DNA of 64,000 nt from positions 1-64,000 of IMG/VR virus record IMGVR_UViG_3300042358_000030, one strand, 5' to 3'. Below are positions 48,608 through 58,983 of this stretch, piece by piece. Within the stretch, counting starts at the first letter, position 1. Each line of letters begins with the position of its first letter. The DNA is from an uncultured virus (IMG/VR IMGVR_UViG_3300042358_000030) (taxonomy: Duplodnaviria; Heunggongvirae; Uroviricota; Caudoviricetes). The translations under genes and the position numbers were made by a program. Under the pieces are notes generated by a model. That model was given only the letters and a program-made list of their open reading frames with translations. It was not told the origin of the DNA and did no database searches.

Positions 48608-49972
48608 ATGAAAAAATTAAATATAACTTATTTAGAGAAAATGATTTCTAAAGTTTTAAAAGAAAATTTAGGGGAGAAAGCCGAAACTTTAGTTTCTAAA
48701 ATTAAAACATCAATCAAAGAAGATTCTGAAGTTTGTGAATGTGGTGGTAACATGTATGAGGGGGAATGTACCGAATGTGGTAGTAAAATGATGGATGAAG
48801 GGATTTATGATGTTGAAGACATTAATAATAAAGATGAATTTGATTATGTTCAAGAAGAAGAAGATATTGAAACAGAAACAAATGTGGAGAATGAAGAGTC
48901 TTGTAAATACCATATGGATAAATTTGGTCCGGATGATGATAGAACAAAACAATTTTGTGGTGATTCGATGAATGAATCTTTAAAAGGTCGTCAAAGAAGA
49001 CAAAGTAAAAAATCTGAAACAGATGAAGGAAATGCTTTTACCGGTGCATTATCTCAAGCTAGAAAAACAGGTGATAAAGATTTTGAGGTTGATGGTAAAA
49101 AATTTGAAACTAAGGAAGGTAAAAAATTCCCTGATTTAACCGGTGATGGTAAAGTTACTCGTAAAGATGTTTTAGTTGGTAGAGGTGTTAAACTTAAAAA
49201 TTCAAAATCTGACAAATCTATTAAAAAAGTAAATAAAATTTCTACAAAACATGGGATGGAAGAAAGTAATTCTGTTAGAATGAGTGAAAGTGAAATGGTT
49301 AATTTAATTGAAAAAATTATAATAGAACAAAAATCTAAAAACGTTAAAGACCCAGCGGAAAAAACCAACTCAAAAATAATAGGTAATACTCCGGGATATA
49401 ACAAATATGAACAAATCCATAAAAAAGATGGGAAAGAAAATGAAGATAGTCTTAAGGCGGTTGCTCAAAAAATGAAAGATTATTTAAAGGATGGTTCTAA
49501 AGGAGAATATAATACAAATCCAAAATTTTTCCCAAAAGGAAATGGTGAATTAGCTAAAATGGATAAAAAGGCGTATGTCCCATCAGAGGCTGTTGAAGAT
49601 TATATTGATAATTTTACTGCGGCGGCTTTAGAAAATTTAGACTATGATGAAATCCATCCAAATGAGGAATGGGTGACAAATAATATTGAAGGTTCTTCCA
49701 AAACAGGTAATAACCCTGATTGGGCGAATACAGGAGAATCAGATGTTAACAAAAAACGTAATAAGATTAGAAAAGATAATATGTTAGCAAAACTTAAAAG
49801 AATGGCGTATAATAAATCGCCACAACCTGTGGTTAATGATAAGGATGGTGGTAGTAAAGCTAGCGATATTATGACTAAATTAGAATCTACTGAACCTAAA
49901 AAAGCGAAACAAATTAATGAAGAGTTTGAAAGAATGAAATCATTAATTGGTTACAATCAAAAAACTCAATAA
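48608..49972 (+). CDS. Hypothetical charged protein, possibly a prohead core/internal protein
   Basis: CECGG..ECTECG; DLTGDGKVTRKD EF-hand-like loop; SESEMVNLIEKIIIEQ; TATTTATA upstream. Confidence 0.55.
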   Translation: MKKLNITYLEKMISKVLKENLGEKAETLVSKIKTSIKEDSEVCECGGNMYEGECTECGSKMMDEGIYDVEDINNKDEFDYVQEEEDIETETNVENEESCKYHMDKFGPDDDRTKQFCGDSMNESLKGRQRRQSKKSETDEGNAFTGALSQARKTGDKDFEVDGKKFETKEGKKFPDLTGDGKVTRKDVLVGRGVKLKNSKSDKSIKKVNKISTKHGMEESNSVRMSESEMVNLIEKIIIEQKSKNVKDPAEKTNSKIIGNTPGYNKYEQIHKKDGKENEDSLKAVAQKMKDYLKDGSKGEYNTNPKFFPKGNGELAKMDKKAYVPSEAVEDYIDNFTAAALENLDYDEIHPNEEWVTNNIEGSSKTGNNPDWANTGESDVNKKRNKIRKDNMLAKLKRMAYNKSPQPVVNDKDGGSKASDIMTKLESTEPKKAKQINEEFERMKSLIGYNQKTQ

Positions 49973-50019
49973 TTTACAAATACATAAATTCAATTATAAT
50001 TTCTCCATAGACAACATCT

Positions 50020-50487
50020 ATGGAGAATTTTTTTAACTACATAACAAAACCTTTAAAACCGGAAGATATAGATATTTGGTTTAAAATGAATAATATAACT
50101 TCTGAAAAATTGGAGTTGTATTCTGATTTTTGCCATACATTATATATTTTAATACATGAGACCTACTTAGGTCAAGATAATGTATCTACGGAAACTAAAA
50201 TCAGGCTAACAGATGATGATAATGAAAAACACTTTGAATGGTGTTGGATAAAAATTATTAACAACTTCCAAAAAGAAAATATTGTTTTTCACAAAAAAGG
50301 GGAACATTTTGATTACTTCCAATCATTTTTTGATGAAATATTTTATAATCAAATAGAAAATAAAATAAAAAATTCAATAAGTAGTTTTTTTACAGATTTA
50401 TTTAATATGAAGAAATCTTTTACAAAATCAGATTTAGATATGATTTTAACCATTTATAAAACATTAGATAAAAATCTTAAAAAATAA
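50020..50487 (+). CDS. Hypothetical protein
   Basis: 155 aa ORF. Confidence 0.55.
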   Translation: MENFFNYITKPLKPEDIDIWFKMNNITSEKLELYSDFCHTLYILIHETYLGQDNVSTETKIRLTDDDNEKHFEWCWIKIINNFQKENIVFHKKGEHFDYFQSFFDEIFYNQIENKIKNSISSFFTDLFNMKKSFTKSDLDMILTIYKTLDKNLKK

Positions 50488-50569
50488 AAAAATCCTTTAT
50501 AGTGTTTACTATACGATTAAAAAAATTACTTTATAAGTATTAAAAATAAATTAATTAACACAATTTGAA

Positions 50570-50746
50570 ATGGAAACATTAGAACAAATTAAATCTTTAA
50601 CCGAAGAGTTATCAGTCGATACTTCAAAATTTTTTGGAGGTAATAAAAGTGCAGGAACAAGAGCACGAAAATCTGCACAAGATTTGAAAAAATTATTAGA
50701 TGTCTTGAGAAAAGAGATTTTATCTGAAAGAAAAAAAGACGAGTAA
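50570..50746 (+). CDS. Histone H1-like nucleoid protein (Hc1 family), 58 aa, not in the ORF track
   Basis: METLEQIKSLTEELSVDTSKFFGGNKSAGTRARKSAQDLKKLLDVLRKEI; GNKxAGTRARK signature. Confidence 0.8.
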   Translation: METLEQIKSLTEELSVDTSKFFGGNKSAGTRARKSAQDLKKLLDVLRKEILSERKKDE

Positions 50747-50934
50747 TGGATAGTATTGATACAATTTTTTTATTTGTATTTATCTTTTCAGTTTTAACTG
50801 TTTTTAGAACAGTTGCTAGATTGGTAAGTTCCCTGTTCTCAAACCCACCAAAGAGATTCTTATGGAATAAAGGGGAACTTATTTATCTTGGATTGGCAAT
50901 ATCGTATTGTTTAACCTATATTATTAAAAATTAA
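50746..50934 (+). CDS. Small two-TM membrane protein
   Basis: Two hydrophobic helices; TAATG coupling with the Hc1 gene. Confidence 0.55.
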   Translation: MDSIDTIFLFVFIFSVLTVFRTVARLVSSLFSNPPKRFLWNKGELIYLGLAISYCLTYIIKN

Positions 50935-50936
50935 TT

Positions 50937-51374
50937 ATGAGTTTGTATAAAGAATTTTCGGAGTTATTACCCTATATTCAATCAGTAAGAAAGATTGAAA
51001 AATATTTATCGTTTGATATTAGTTTTCCGATATCGTGGAAACTACCTAAAAAATATGTCCAAGAAGACAAAGTAATGGAACAGGAGAATAAGGTTCCTGG
51101 TAATCGTACTTTTTCATTTGTTGCTGAAATAAATGAAAACGATATTGAACAAGTGACAGAAAATTTACAAAATATTATTAAGTATAATCTTGAGAGAGAA
51201 GAAAAAGATAAATTGTTTCAAAACAAAGTTGATGAATTAAAAAGTATTTTTGAAAAACAAAATTTAGAAAGTTTACAAAATTTAAAATTTGATTTAAAGA
51301 CTAAACAATTAACTAAATTAAAACTTGAAGATAATGAAGAAGAGCTTACAACAACTCGAGTGGTTACAGAATGA
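50937..51374 (+). CDS. Hypothetical protein
   Basis: 145 aa ORF. Confidence 0.55.
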   Translation: MSLYKEFSELLPYIQSVRKIEKYLSFDISFPISWKLPKKYVQEDKVMEQENKVPGNRTFSFVAEINENDIEQVTENLQNIIKYNLEREEKDKLFQNKVDELKSIFEKQNLESLQNLKFDLKTKQLTKLKLEDNEEELTTTRVVTE

Positions 51375-51519
51375 GTTAACAAAGGATAAAATTGTCCTTG
51401 ACCAAGAAAAATCAAAATTAATTGAAAATATTAAAAAATTAAAAAGGGAAGATATTCTTCCAAAACCACCTAAGAAATTAACGTTATGGCAGAGAATCAA
51501 AAAAGTATTGATGGGATAA
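51334..51519 (+). CDS. Hypothetical protein
   Basis: ATG at 51334; C-terminal LTLWQRIKKVLMG amphipathic tail. Confidence 0.45.
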   Translation: MKKSLQQLEWLQNELTKDKIVLDQEKSKLIENIKKLKREDILPKPPKKLTLWQRIKKVLMG

Positions 51520-51737
51520 TTGAAAAATTAGCAATGATTGCAGATGCTGCTGATGAATTATTCCCTAATGGGAAAATGGCAATAGCTTTTGAATTAAAAG
51601 AAGTTGAGTTTAAAAAAGTTCAAGAAAATTTTAGAGAAATTGACCGTTTACACAAACAATTTAAAATAGAGATATCGGGTAATGAATTTATGTTTTTATT
51701 GGATGAGTCGTCGAATGTCGAATCAAATAATTCTTAG
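51486..51737 (+). CDS. Hypothetical protein
   Basis: 83 aa ORF. Confidence 0.5.
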   Translation: MAENQKSIDGIIEKLAMIADAADELFPNGKMAIAFELKEVEFKKVQENFREIDRLHKQFKIEISGNEFMFLLDESSNVESNNS

Positions 51738-52329
51738 AAAACCCATTTTCAACTAATAAATCATACAGGTATTTTCTTTGTGATGTTGTATAATCTTTAA
51801 CAAACATACAGTCGTATCTTTTTTCGTTTATAAAATGACTGGATAAATTATCTATAAACCTTATACCATCGTCATTATTTTTAAAGGTGAATAATTTAAA
51901 TTTATCATCATTTTGAATAATTATTTTATTGTTCAATTTGGATATTAATTTAAGACCATCTTGTTTTAGATAAGTTTTTAATAATTCATTTAAAGTAATT
52001 TTTTTATTTTTTGAATAATCTAAAAATGATTCCTCAATTCGATATTTCATTATTTTTAAAATAGTAAAATCATCATCATCCAAACTCACTTTAATTTTTC
52101 TACCAAATTCATCTTTTAAAAAAATTGGAAGAAAAGTTCCCGAAGTTTTTTCAATTAATGCTATTTCATAACTACATTCAATACCATTTTCGTACTTCCT
52201 ATCAAAAATTACTGAATCGCTAACATTTATTAGAGATTCAAAATAATTATTTGCCCTTTTATGAGTCTTAAATTTATTGATTATTTTCTTTTTTGTTTTA
52301 TTTTTGAATAATACTATCTGATAGTTCAT
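51688..52329 (-). CDS. Hypothetical protein
   Basis: 213 aa ORF. Confidence 0.55.
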   Translation of the reverse strand: MNYQIVLFKNKTKKKIINKFKTHKRANNYFESLINVSDSVIFDRKYENGIECSYEIALIEKTSGTFLPIFLKDEFGRKIKVSLDDDDFTILKIMKYRIEESFLDYSKNKKITLNELLKTYLKQDGLKLISKLNNKIIIQNDDKFKLFTFKNNDDGIRFIDNLSSHFINEKRYDCMFVKDYTTSQRKYLYDLLVENGFSKNYLIRHSTTHPIKT

Positions 52330-52384
52330 GTTGGATATATAATAATAAATAAGTTAGTTTTATATTAAATATAAGTAAATAAGT

Positions 52385-53302
52385 ATGGAGAATTTTTATC
52401 AAACACTAGGTGTAAATGAAAACGCAACTCAAGATGAGATTAAAAAGGCATATCGTAAATTAGCGATTGAACACCATCCTGATAAAGGGGGTAATGAAGA
52501 GACATTTAAAAAAATATCGGAAGCTTATGATACGATAGGTGATGATAATAAACGAAGACAATATGATAGTCAAAAAAATAATCCATTTTCTAATATGGGT
52601 GGTGGAGGATTTAATCCTTTTGAGGATATGTTTCAGAATCATTTTCACCAACAAAGAAGAAGGTCGGCACCTGATAAGGTTATTGAAGTTAAAATAGGTG
52701 TTATAGAATCGTATAACGGTTCGGAAAAAACTTTTACATATAATAGAAAACATAAGTGTGAACCATGTAATGGTAATGGTGGTGAAAGAATAAATTGTAC
52801 TTCGTGTGGTGGAGAAGGGTTTATAACTCAAAGAGTGGGTTCCGGATTATTTGTCCAACTTATAAGACAAACGTGTAATTCATGTGGTGGAAAAGGATTC
52901 TCATATAAAACTGTGTGTGGTTCATGTAATGGTGAAACAACATCAACTAAAACTGAAACAGTTACAATTAAACTCCCACATGGAATTGATGAGGGTCAAT
53001 TTTTAAAATTACAGGGTAAAGGTGATTATGTTAATGGTGTGTATGGTAATTTGGTAATTAGAGTTAAAGTTGCTCCTGAAGATAATTTTGAAAAATCGGG
53101 GGATGATTTAATTTATAATGCTTATTTTGATTTGAATACATTAAAAAATGAAAAATTAGACTTGAAACATCCTAAAGGTGTTATGTCAATAAAATTACCT
53201 GAAGAGTTTGATACAGAAAAACCCCTTAGAGTAAAATCTAAAGGGTTTCATAATACGGGTGACTTATTTGTTAAGTTACACGTTAAATTTAAACGTAATT
53301 AA
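52385..53302 (+). CDS. dnaJ: DnaJ (Hsp40) co-chaperone
   Basis: J-domain with HPD, G/F region, four CxxCxG motifs and a C-terminal domain. Confidence 0.92.
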   Translation: MENFYQTLGVNENATQDEIKKAYRKLAIEHHPDKGGNEETFKKISEAYDTIGDDNKRRQYDSQKNNPFSNMGGGGFNPFEDMFQNHFHQQRRRSAPDKVIEVKIGVIESYNGSEKTFTYNRKHKCEPCNGNGGERINCTSCGGEGFITQRVGSGLFVQLIRQTCNSCGGKGFSYKTVCGSCNGETTSTKTETVTIKLPHGIDEGQFLKLQGKGDYVNGVYGNLVIRVKVAPEDNFEKSGDDLIYNAYFDLNTLKNEKLDLKHPKGVMSIKLPEEFDTEKPLRVKSKGFHNTGDLFVKLHVKFKRN

Positions 53303-53502
53303 AAAAGACTTATTATTTTCTCAACTAATTTAATAGTCCCGTATATTGATGCGAATAATAAATAAACTGATGATATTACCATCGTCCAATGTGTTTTTGA
53401 TAATGTTTTACGTTTGCAAGATTTACATTCTTTTTTAGGTTGTTCAGGAGTGGCGTAAATAATATCCTTTTCCTCAATAATTTGTCCTTCGATTGTTTCC
53501 AT
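53299..53502 (-). CDS. Small membrane protein with CxxC
   Basis: ECKSCK followed by a hydrophobic helix. Confidence 0.5.
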   Translation of the reverse strand: METIEGQIIEEKDIIYATPEQPKKECKSCKRKTLSKTHWTMVISSVYLLFASIYGTIKLVEKIISLF

Positions 53503-53594
53503 AATAATATATTTTAAATAAGTATAGTGAAAAAAAATGAAAGAGAAACTTGCTTTTTCACTTTTTATTTCTTATACTTTAAAAAAAGAAAATT

Positions 53595-54443
53595 ATGGCA
53601 TTATCATACATCGGGGGAAAATCAAAAATAGGTAAGTGGATTGTTCCATTCATACCTCAAGACATTGAAACATACGTGGAACCATTTTCAGGTATGTTTT
53701 GGGTGTTCTTTAATATGGACCTAACCAAATACCCAAACTTAAAAGAAGTTGTATATAACGACTTCAATCCACTTAATTATAATTTATTTCAATGTCTTCA
53801 GAATCCTGAGAGATTGTTAGAGGTTGTTAACTCAATTCCGTGTCAACAAAGAGATGAGTTCCCAACACCGGACATCTATAAAGAACAATTTATCAGCTTC
53901 CAAGCTGAAATATTTAAAACAGATTTCAGGGTAGAGGCTTACGATTATCAGGTTGCAGCTAAATACGCTTATGTACTAGCTCAGGTATTCTCAGGGTCTA
54001 AACCGGAAACAAGTTCATTTATAGACTTGAAAGGGAAATATAAATCAAAGTATCTTACCTTCAGAGATAAGTTATCTAAACCGGATTGGGTGGAACATTT
54101 CTTAAAGATTACTAAAGTTGAAAATTTAGACTTTCAAGATGTTATTCAAAAGTATGATGGACCATCTACTTATGTTTACGCTGACCCCCCATATTGGAAG
54201 ACAGAGAACTATTATAACAACCACGACTTTGATAGTAAAGACCACGAGAGATTAGCTGATTGTCTAAAAGGTATTCAGGGGAAGTTCTCATTATCGTATT
54301 ATGATTTCCCACAATTACATACTTGGTTCCCTCCTCTTCAATATGTTTGGGAGAAGAAAGAATTTGCTAAAGCTGCTGCGGCTAAGAAAGGTAAAGTTCA
54401 GAACATGGGGGAAGAATTACTAATTATGAATTATAGAAAATAA
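53595..54443 (+). CDS. DNA adenine methyltransferase (Dam/D12 class)
   Basis: YIGGKS, YVEPFSG, YNDFN, DPPY, and EELLIMNY. Confidence 0.88.
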   Translation: MALSYIGGKSKIGKWIVPFIPQDIETYVEPFSGMFWVFFNMDLTKYPNLKEVVYNDFNPLNYNLFQCLQNPERLLEVVNSIPCQQRDEFPTPDIYKEQFISFQAEIFKTDFRVEAYDYQVAAKYAYVLAQVFSGSKPETSSFIDLKGKYKSKYLTFRDKLSKPDWVEHFLKITKVENLDFQDVIQKYDGPSTYVYADPPYWKTENYYNNHDFDSKDHERLADCLKGIQGKFSLSYYDFPQLHTWFPPLQYVWEKKEFAKAAAAKKGKVQNMGEELLIMNYRK

Positions 54444-54444
54444 A

Positions 54445-54474
54445 TTGGATATCAAAAAATAAGCGTTATCTTTG
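54445..54474 (+). promoter_or_regulatory. Bacteroidota-type promoter TTG-N19-TATCTTTG
   Basis: TTG at 54445-54447 and TATCTTTG at 54467-54474. Confidence 0.6.
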
Positions 54475-54549
54475 TCCCGCTGAACAAAAGTAAATGGGTT
54501 TTGGCGAATTATTTAGAAAAAACAAATATTTATAATAAAAACAATTAAA

Positions 54550-55908
54550 ATGAGACTAACTAATACACTATCAACTTTAATTACAGAACAATCACGTTTC
54601 CAAGTCTTATATGACAAATTGGTGAAACCTTCTGACAAACCAAGAAAACCTGGTGAAAAACCTAAAGGCGCTATGGATTTTGAAACATTAAAGAATATTA
54701 TCTTTGGGGACCCTTCAACAACTGTCCCTCAAGGGTTTGATAAAGAAAGTGCGACTTTTGAAGACATGGGTAAAATACATGTTGGTAAATATGTTCAATG
54801 GATGTTGAAGAACTTTATTCAACCTAAATTAGAAGATGAAGTAGGTACTCCGGAATATAAGCAAAACGCTAAAGAATATCGACGTTTATTCATAGAAGAT
54901 ATGGATAAGTTAAATGTTGATTTACTAAAATTTGAAAGATTTAAAAGTAGATTACCTGTAGGTGAAAGAGACATTAATAAGTATACTCCTCAAACTTTAT
55001 CATTAGCGGTTGATGAATTCAAATTAACTAAAGATTCTAAATCGGCAAAAGAAGAAAGAATTACTAAAGAAAACCCTTATAAATTTGAAGGGTCTACTAT
55101 TGATTTCGTTGGTCCTAATTGGACTATTGTTAAAATAGAGGATAAAACAAAAATTGGTGACGCTGCGGCTGATTACTTTGGTGGTTACTACGATACGAGA
55201 GATGAGTTTGATGAAACTAATTGGTGTACGTCAAACGTTGGTGGTAGTTATTTCTACACTTATATTAAAGACGGTCCATTATATGTTATTTTACCTAATA
55301 ATGCTACGGAATTTGGTAAGAAGACTGGATTACCTAAAGAAAGATATCAATTTCACTTCCCTTCAAACCAATATATGGATAGGAGAGACAGACAAATTAA
55401 TTTGGTTGAATTTTTAAATGGTAAAGGTGAAGAACTTAAAGAATATTTTAAACCACAGTTTGCGAAAGGATTGGTTAAAGGTGGTTCAGGTAATGTTGTG
55501 GATATTGCATACCCTGATAATGCTGCCGGTAAATTCATTGCGTTATATGGTTTTGATGAATTATTTGATAGTTTACCGGACACGATTGAAAGATTATTAA
55601 TTAGTAATAAATCAAACGAGGATATTGCGTTGGTGGTTCCGGAATCTATTGGAAGATTTAAAAATTTAGAAGCGTTAAAATTAGAGAAGATTTGTAAAAG
55701 TATTCCTGATTCAATCTGTAATTTAAAATTATTAAATTTCTTGGCGTTACCAAATAACAAACAATTAGAATCGTTGCCCGAATGTTTAATGACTTTACCT
55801 GAATTGGCATTTATTAATTTAAAGGATAGTAATCCGAATGTTAAAATTCCTGAGAAATTAAAAGAACGATTGACAGATGAAGGAATGGGGTTCTATTATT
55901 TTAACTAA
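54550..55908 (+). CDS. Protein with C-terminal leucine-rich repeats
   Basis: VPESIGRFKNLEALKL, IPDSICNLKLLNFLAL, and LPECLMTLPELAFINL; central WCT...GPLYVI...YQFHF domain. Confidence 0.7.
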   Translation: MRLTNTLSTLITEQSRFQVLYDKLVKPSDKPRKPGEKPKGAMDFETLKNIIFGDPSTTVPQGFDKESATFEDMGKIHVGKYVQWMLKNFIQPKLEDEVGTPEYKQNAKEYRRLFIEDMDKLNVDLLKFERFKSRLPVGERDINKYTPQTLSLAVDEFKLTKDSKSAKEERITKENPYKFEGSTIDFVGPNWTIVKIEDKTKIGDAAADYFGGYYDTRDEFDETNWCTSNVGGSYFYTYIKDGPLYVILPNNATEFGKKTGLPKERYQFHFPSNQYMDRRDRQINLVEFLNGKGEELKEYFKPQFAKGLVKGGSGNVVDIAYPDNAAGKFIALYGFDELFDSLPDTIERLLISNKSNEDIALVVPESIGRFKNLEALKLEKICKSIPDSICNLKLLNFLALPNNKQLESLPECLMTLPELAFINLKDSNPNVKIPEKLKERLTDEGMGFYYFN

Positions 55909-55931
55909 TACTAATACTTAAAAATAAACAA

Positions 55932-56222
55932 ATGAAAAATGTTGACGTTGAAATCTACATTAATCAATTTATAACTTTCTTTAACAACAACCCCAATGAC
56001 TTACTTGAGTTAATTGGGGATGTTTTGAAGGATGACTTCTACGACAGAGTAAAACAACAATCTTTAAATAATATTGATAATGGTGAGGATGTTTCCTTAA
56101 CTCAAAAACAAATCATATCTATAGTTGTGGCTCTTAAACAATCTCAGAACGATGAGGTTGATATGGATAAGATTAAGTCCATAATTTATCACACAAAATT
56201 CGCTCACTTTTCCCTTAATTAA
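55932..56222 (+). CDS. Hypothetical protein
   Basis: 96 aa ORF. Confidence 0.55.
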   Translation: MKNVDVEIYINQFITFFNNNPNDLLELIGDVLKDDFYDRVKQQSLNNIDNGEDVSLTQKQIISIVVALKQSQNDEVDMDKIKSIIYHTKFAHFSLN

Positions 56223-56254
56223 TTTGTATATCTAAATTTAATGTCTTACTTTTG
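56223..56254 (+). promoter_or_regulatory. Bacteroidota-type promoter TTTG-N20-TACTTTTG
   Basis: TTTG at 56223-56226 and TACTTTTG at 56247-56254. Confidence 0.7.
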
Positions 56255-56272
56255 TGGTTCAAAATAAACCTG

Positions 56273-58027
56273 ATGAAAGAAGAATTATTTAACTATACCG
56301 TAAAGAAGTATCAAGTATCTGAATACTTGGATACCAATCCTATTCGACCTCTTAAAAAAGAAGTTGAGGATGATTTTTGGGGGACAATAGAAACTAGTTT
56401 AAGTTCTGGTAGACATACAAGTTATACGCCTTGGGGTGACTATACTTTTAATGCGGATTATGATACAGAAGAAAAATTCGTAGAACATTACGGAAACCCA
56501 CTGACTCAATTATATTTGAACAGGGTAATTATTTGTGTGACTAAAGAGAATGATAAAGTTTCTTTTAAGATATTTGATTATAGTAAAACAAGACGTGTTG
56601 CGGGTAAGTGGTTTAAATTAAGAACTAAATGTCAGTTCATTACATTCAACTATAAAACAAATGCGTTATATACCGGTTCATTACAGAATTATCATTTGAA
56701 AACAAAATGTCGTAAAAAAATTAGAAGAGTTTTATTTAATAGTGACCCTATTAATAATATGAGACGACATTTACGAGATTCGTTGAACTCAATAGTTGAT
56801 AAAAAAGTGGTGGATGTCCCAACAATTATTAATCAGGTAATCTCAACCTTTGTGAATGCCATTCCCGGAACTGAATTATATGCCGACTTACTTCCTGAAC
56901 AAAGAATCTACAAAAGATATTTGGATGCTCAAGGAACCAAAGTTCCAAACAATTGGTTTGAACTTATGAATGTCTATCCCCAACCAAAGAAGAAAGATTT
57001 GGTGAAGTGTGACTATAAGTATATTGATGCTCTAATGAGGGTTAACGGATTAAAGGGGGATAAGGTTAAAAGGGTATTACATAACGTTAAATCATTTGAG
57101 GGTGTTCTTAATTTTAATAACGCTTGTTCAATATTTGGTGAGAAGTTTATTTTAAATCAACCGGATGAGTTTGTCCAATTATTATTGGAACATAATAAAC
57201 AAAGTACATTTCATAATAATATTGGAAAAGGATTATTAACTAAAAAAGAGTTCTCCAATTTTTTTGAGATATTTAAATTATTTCAAAAAGGATTGATTAA
57301 CTACAATGTGATTGAAGACCACTTTAGATTTTATCGTTTGTTAGACCAAATGGAGACAGTTAAATGGACATCAAGAACTCACGATGAGTTTGTTCAAGAA
57401 CACTACGATTGGTCGGAGAAATACAACCATTATACCAATGGTGACTTTACTAGAATTTACAACCAAGAGTTTGTGGATAAGGTGAATGAGGTTATCTTAA
57501 CCAAAGATGGTCCGTACTTCCCGGAGGTATTGACAACATCCAAACGATACAACAATGAGTCATCATTCCAGTCCAATTGTGTTAAGACATATGTTAGACG
57601 AGTGGATTCTTTATTAATCTCTATGAGACGAGGTGAGGGTGAAACGGAAGAGAGAGCGTCAATTGAATATCGTATAACTTTACCTTCACTACATAATACT
57701 TTTGATTTAGAGAGAGTTCAAACTTTGGGTAAACACAATCGTAGTTTAGATGAGAGTTGGAATGAAGTGTTAGTCAAATTGGATAATAAAATTTACCAAT
57801 ATGAGGATTTGTTTGATACCTTACAAATTAAGGGTGAGTTTAAAAATAAAGAATTGTTCTCTGATTGGGGTACTATGAGTGTGAAAACATATTCGGTGAC
57901 TAAGACAGGAAAAGATGTAACTAAATTGGGGTTATGTTGGGAAAACGATTCAATTATGAAATTAAATTCGTATAATAATTATAACCTTGTTCCTGTCTAT
58001 AATGATGAGAACGATTTAGGATTTTAA
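56273..58027 (+). CDS. PcfJ-like domain protein
   Basis: ES..QSNCVKTY...RASIEY...QTLGKHN C-terminal motif; ATG at 56273 downstream of the promoter. Confidence 0.65.
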   Translation: MKEELFNYTVKKYQVSEYLDTNPIRPLKKEVEDDFWGTIETSLSSGRHTSYTPWGDYTFNADYDTEEKFVEHYGNPLTQLYLNRVIICVTKENDKVSFKIFDYSKTRRVAGKWFKLRTKCQFITFNYKTNALYTGSLQNYHLKTKCRKKIRRVLFNSDPINNMRRHLRDSLNSIVDKKVVDVPTIINQVISTFVNAIPGTELYADLLPEQRIYKRYLDAQGTKVPNNWFELMNVYPQPKKKDLVKCDYKYIDALMRVNGLKGDKVKRVLHNVKSFEGVLNFNNACSIFGEKFILNQPDEFVQLLLEHNKQSTFHNNIGKGLLTKKEFSNFFEIFKLFQKGLINYNVIEDHFRFYRLLDQMETVKWTSRTHDEFVQEHYDWSEKYNHYTNGDFTRIYNQEFVDKVNEVILTKDGPYFPEVLTTSKRYNNESSFQSNCVKTYVRRVDSLLISMRRGEGETEERASIEYRITLPSLHNTFDLERVQTLGKHNRSLDESWNEVLVKLDNKIYQYEDLFDTLQIKGEFKNKELFSDWGTMSVKTYSVTKTGKDVTKLGLCWENDSIMKLNSYNNYNLVPVYNDENDLGF

Positions 58028-58028
58028 A

Positions 58029-58349
58029 ATGATAGAAATACCACAAAATTGTATAGATACCTTTAAAGAAAGGTTTAAGAGTTACCCTAATATTGTAGAG
58101 GTGTATCCAAATATGTCTAATGAAGATACAGATAAATTATTAAATAAATCACTTTTACTATGGTTTGACTATTTTGTAAATAATGAACATGAGATAGTTT
58201 ATAAAGATAGATTATATGAATATGATGCGACTGGTATTTTAATTTTACGGAAGTCAAAAACCAAGATATTTATTTTAACAAAGGTGGATAAACAAAACGT
58301 AGTAGAGTATTTATTACTACAAATAAAACGATTAACAAAAAAAGATTAA
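58029..58349 (+). CDS. Hypothetical protein
   Basis: 106 aa ORF. Confidence 0.5.
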   Translation: MIEIPQNCIDTFKERFKSYPNIVEVYPNMSNEDTDKLLNKSLLLWFDYFVNNEHEIVYKDRLYEYDATGILILRKSKTKIFILTKVDKQNVVEYLLLQIKRLTKKD

Positions 58350-58351
58350 GA

Positions 58352-58675
58352 ATGGAAATTACACAAGAATTATTACAGGAAAAAATTAACAATGGTGAAA
58401 AATTAGTAGTGGACTTTTGGGCGCCATGGTGTGGACCTTGTAAAGTTATGAAACCAGCGTTTGAAAAAGTTTCCGAACAATACAGAAATGAAAATTCAGA
58501 AGTTCAATTATTCACATTGAATGTTGAGGAAAATAAAGAATTTGCCGCTCAATTAGGTATTAGAGCAATTCCAACAGTTAAATCATTTTCCGCAGGTAAA
58601 GAAGTTTATTCTCAACCGGGAATGCAAATGGAATCACAAATTAAACAATTAGTGACTAATTTAATCAATGGATAA
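58352..58675 (+). CDS. trxA: Thioredoxin
   Basis: VDFWAPWCGPCK and GIRAIPT. Confidence 0.92.
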   Translation: MEITQELLQEKINNGEKLVVDFWAPWCGPCKVMKPAFEKVSEQYRNENSEVQLFTLNVEENKEFAAQLGIRAIPTVKSFSAGKEVYSQPGMQMESQIKQLVTNLING

Positions 58676-58952
58676 GTTACTGATTCTTTTCACGATGAAA
58701 GGTTGTCCATATTGTGATATGATGAAGGAACAACTTATTAAAAATGACATTGGGTTTGTTATAAGAGATATAAACGAACACAAAGATGAATACGATATGT
58801 TTGTTGAAATTACTGAAAACGAATTTGTACCGGCATTTATGATTGTAGAATCTCCGGATGAATCACCAAAGAGTTATTTATTCGCACCTGAAAGAGATTT
58901 TAATGAAATTGATGAAGGTATTGACATAATTAAAGAACATTTTGGAAAATAA
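58668..58952 (+). CDS. Glutaredoxin/NrdH-like redoxin
   Basis: GCPYC and FVPAF. Confidence 0.8.
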   Translation: MDKLLILFTMKGCPYCDMMKEQLIKNDIGFVIRDINEHKDEYDMFVEITENEFVPAFMIVESPDESPKSYLFAPERDFNEIDEGIDIIKEHFGK

Positions 58953-58983
58953 AAAAATCCCCTTGATTGGGGATTTTCTTTTT
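58951..58983. terminator. Bidirectional terminator
   Basis: aaaatcccc-ttgatt-ggggatttt between convergent genes. Confidence 0.8.
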
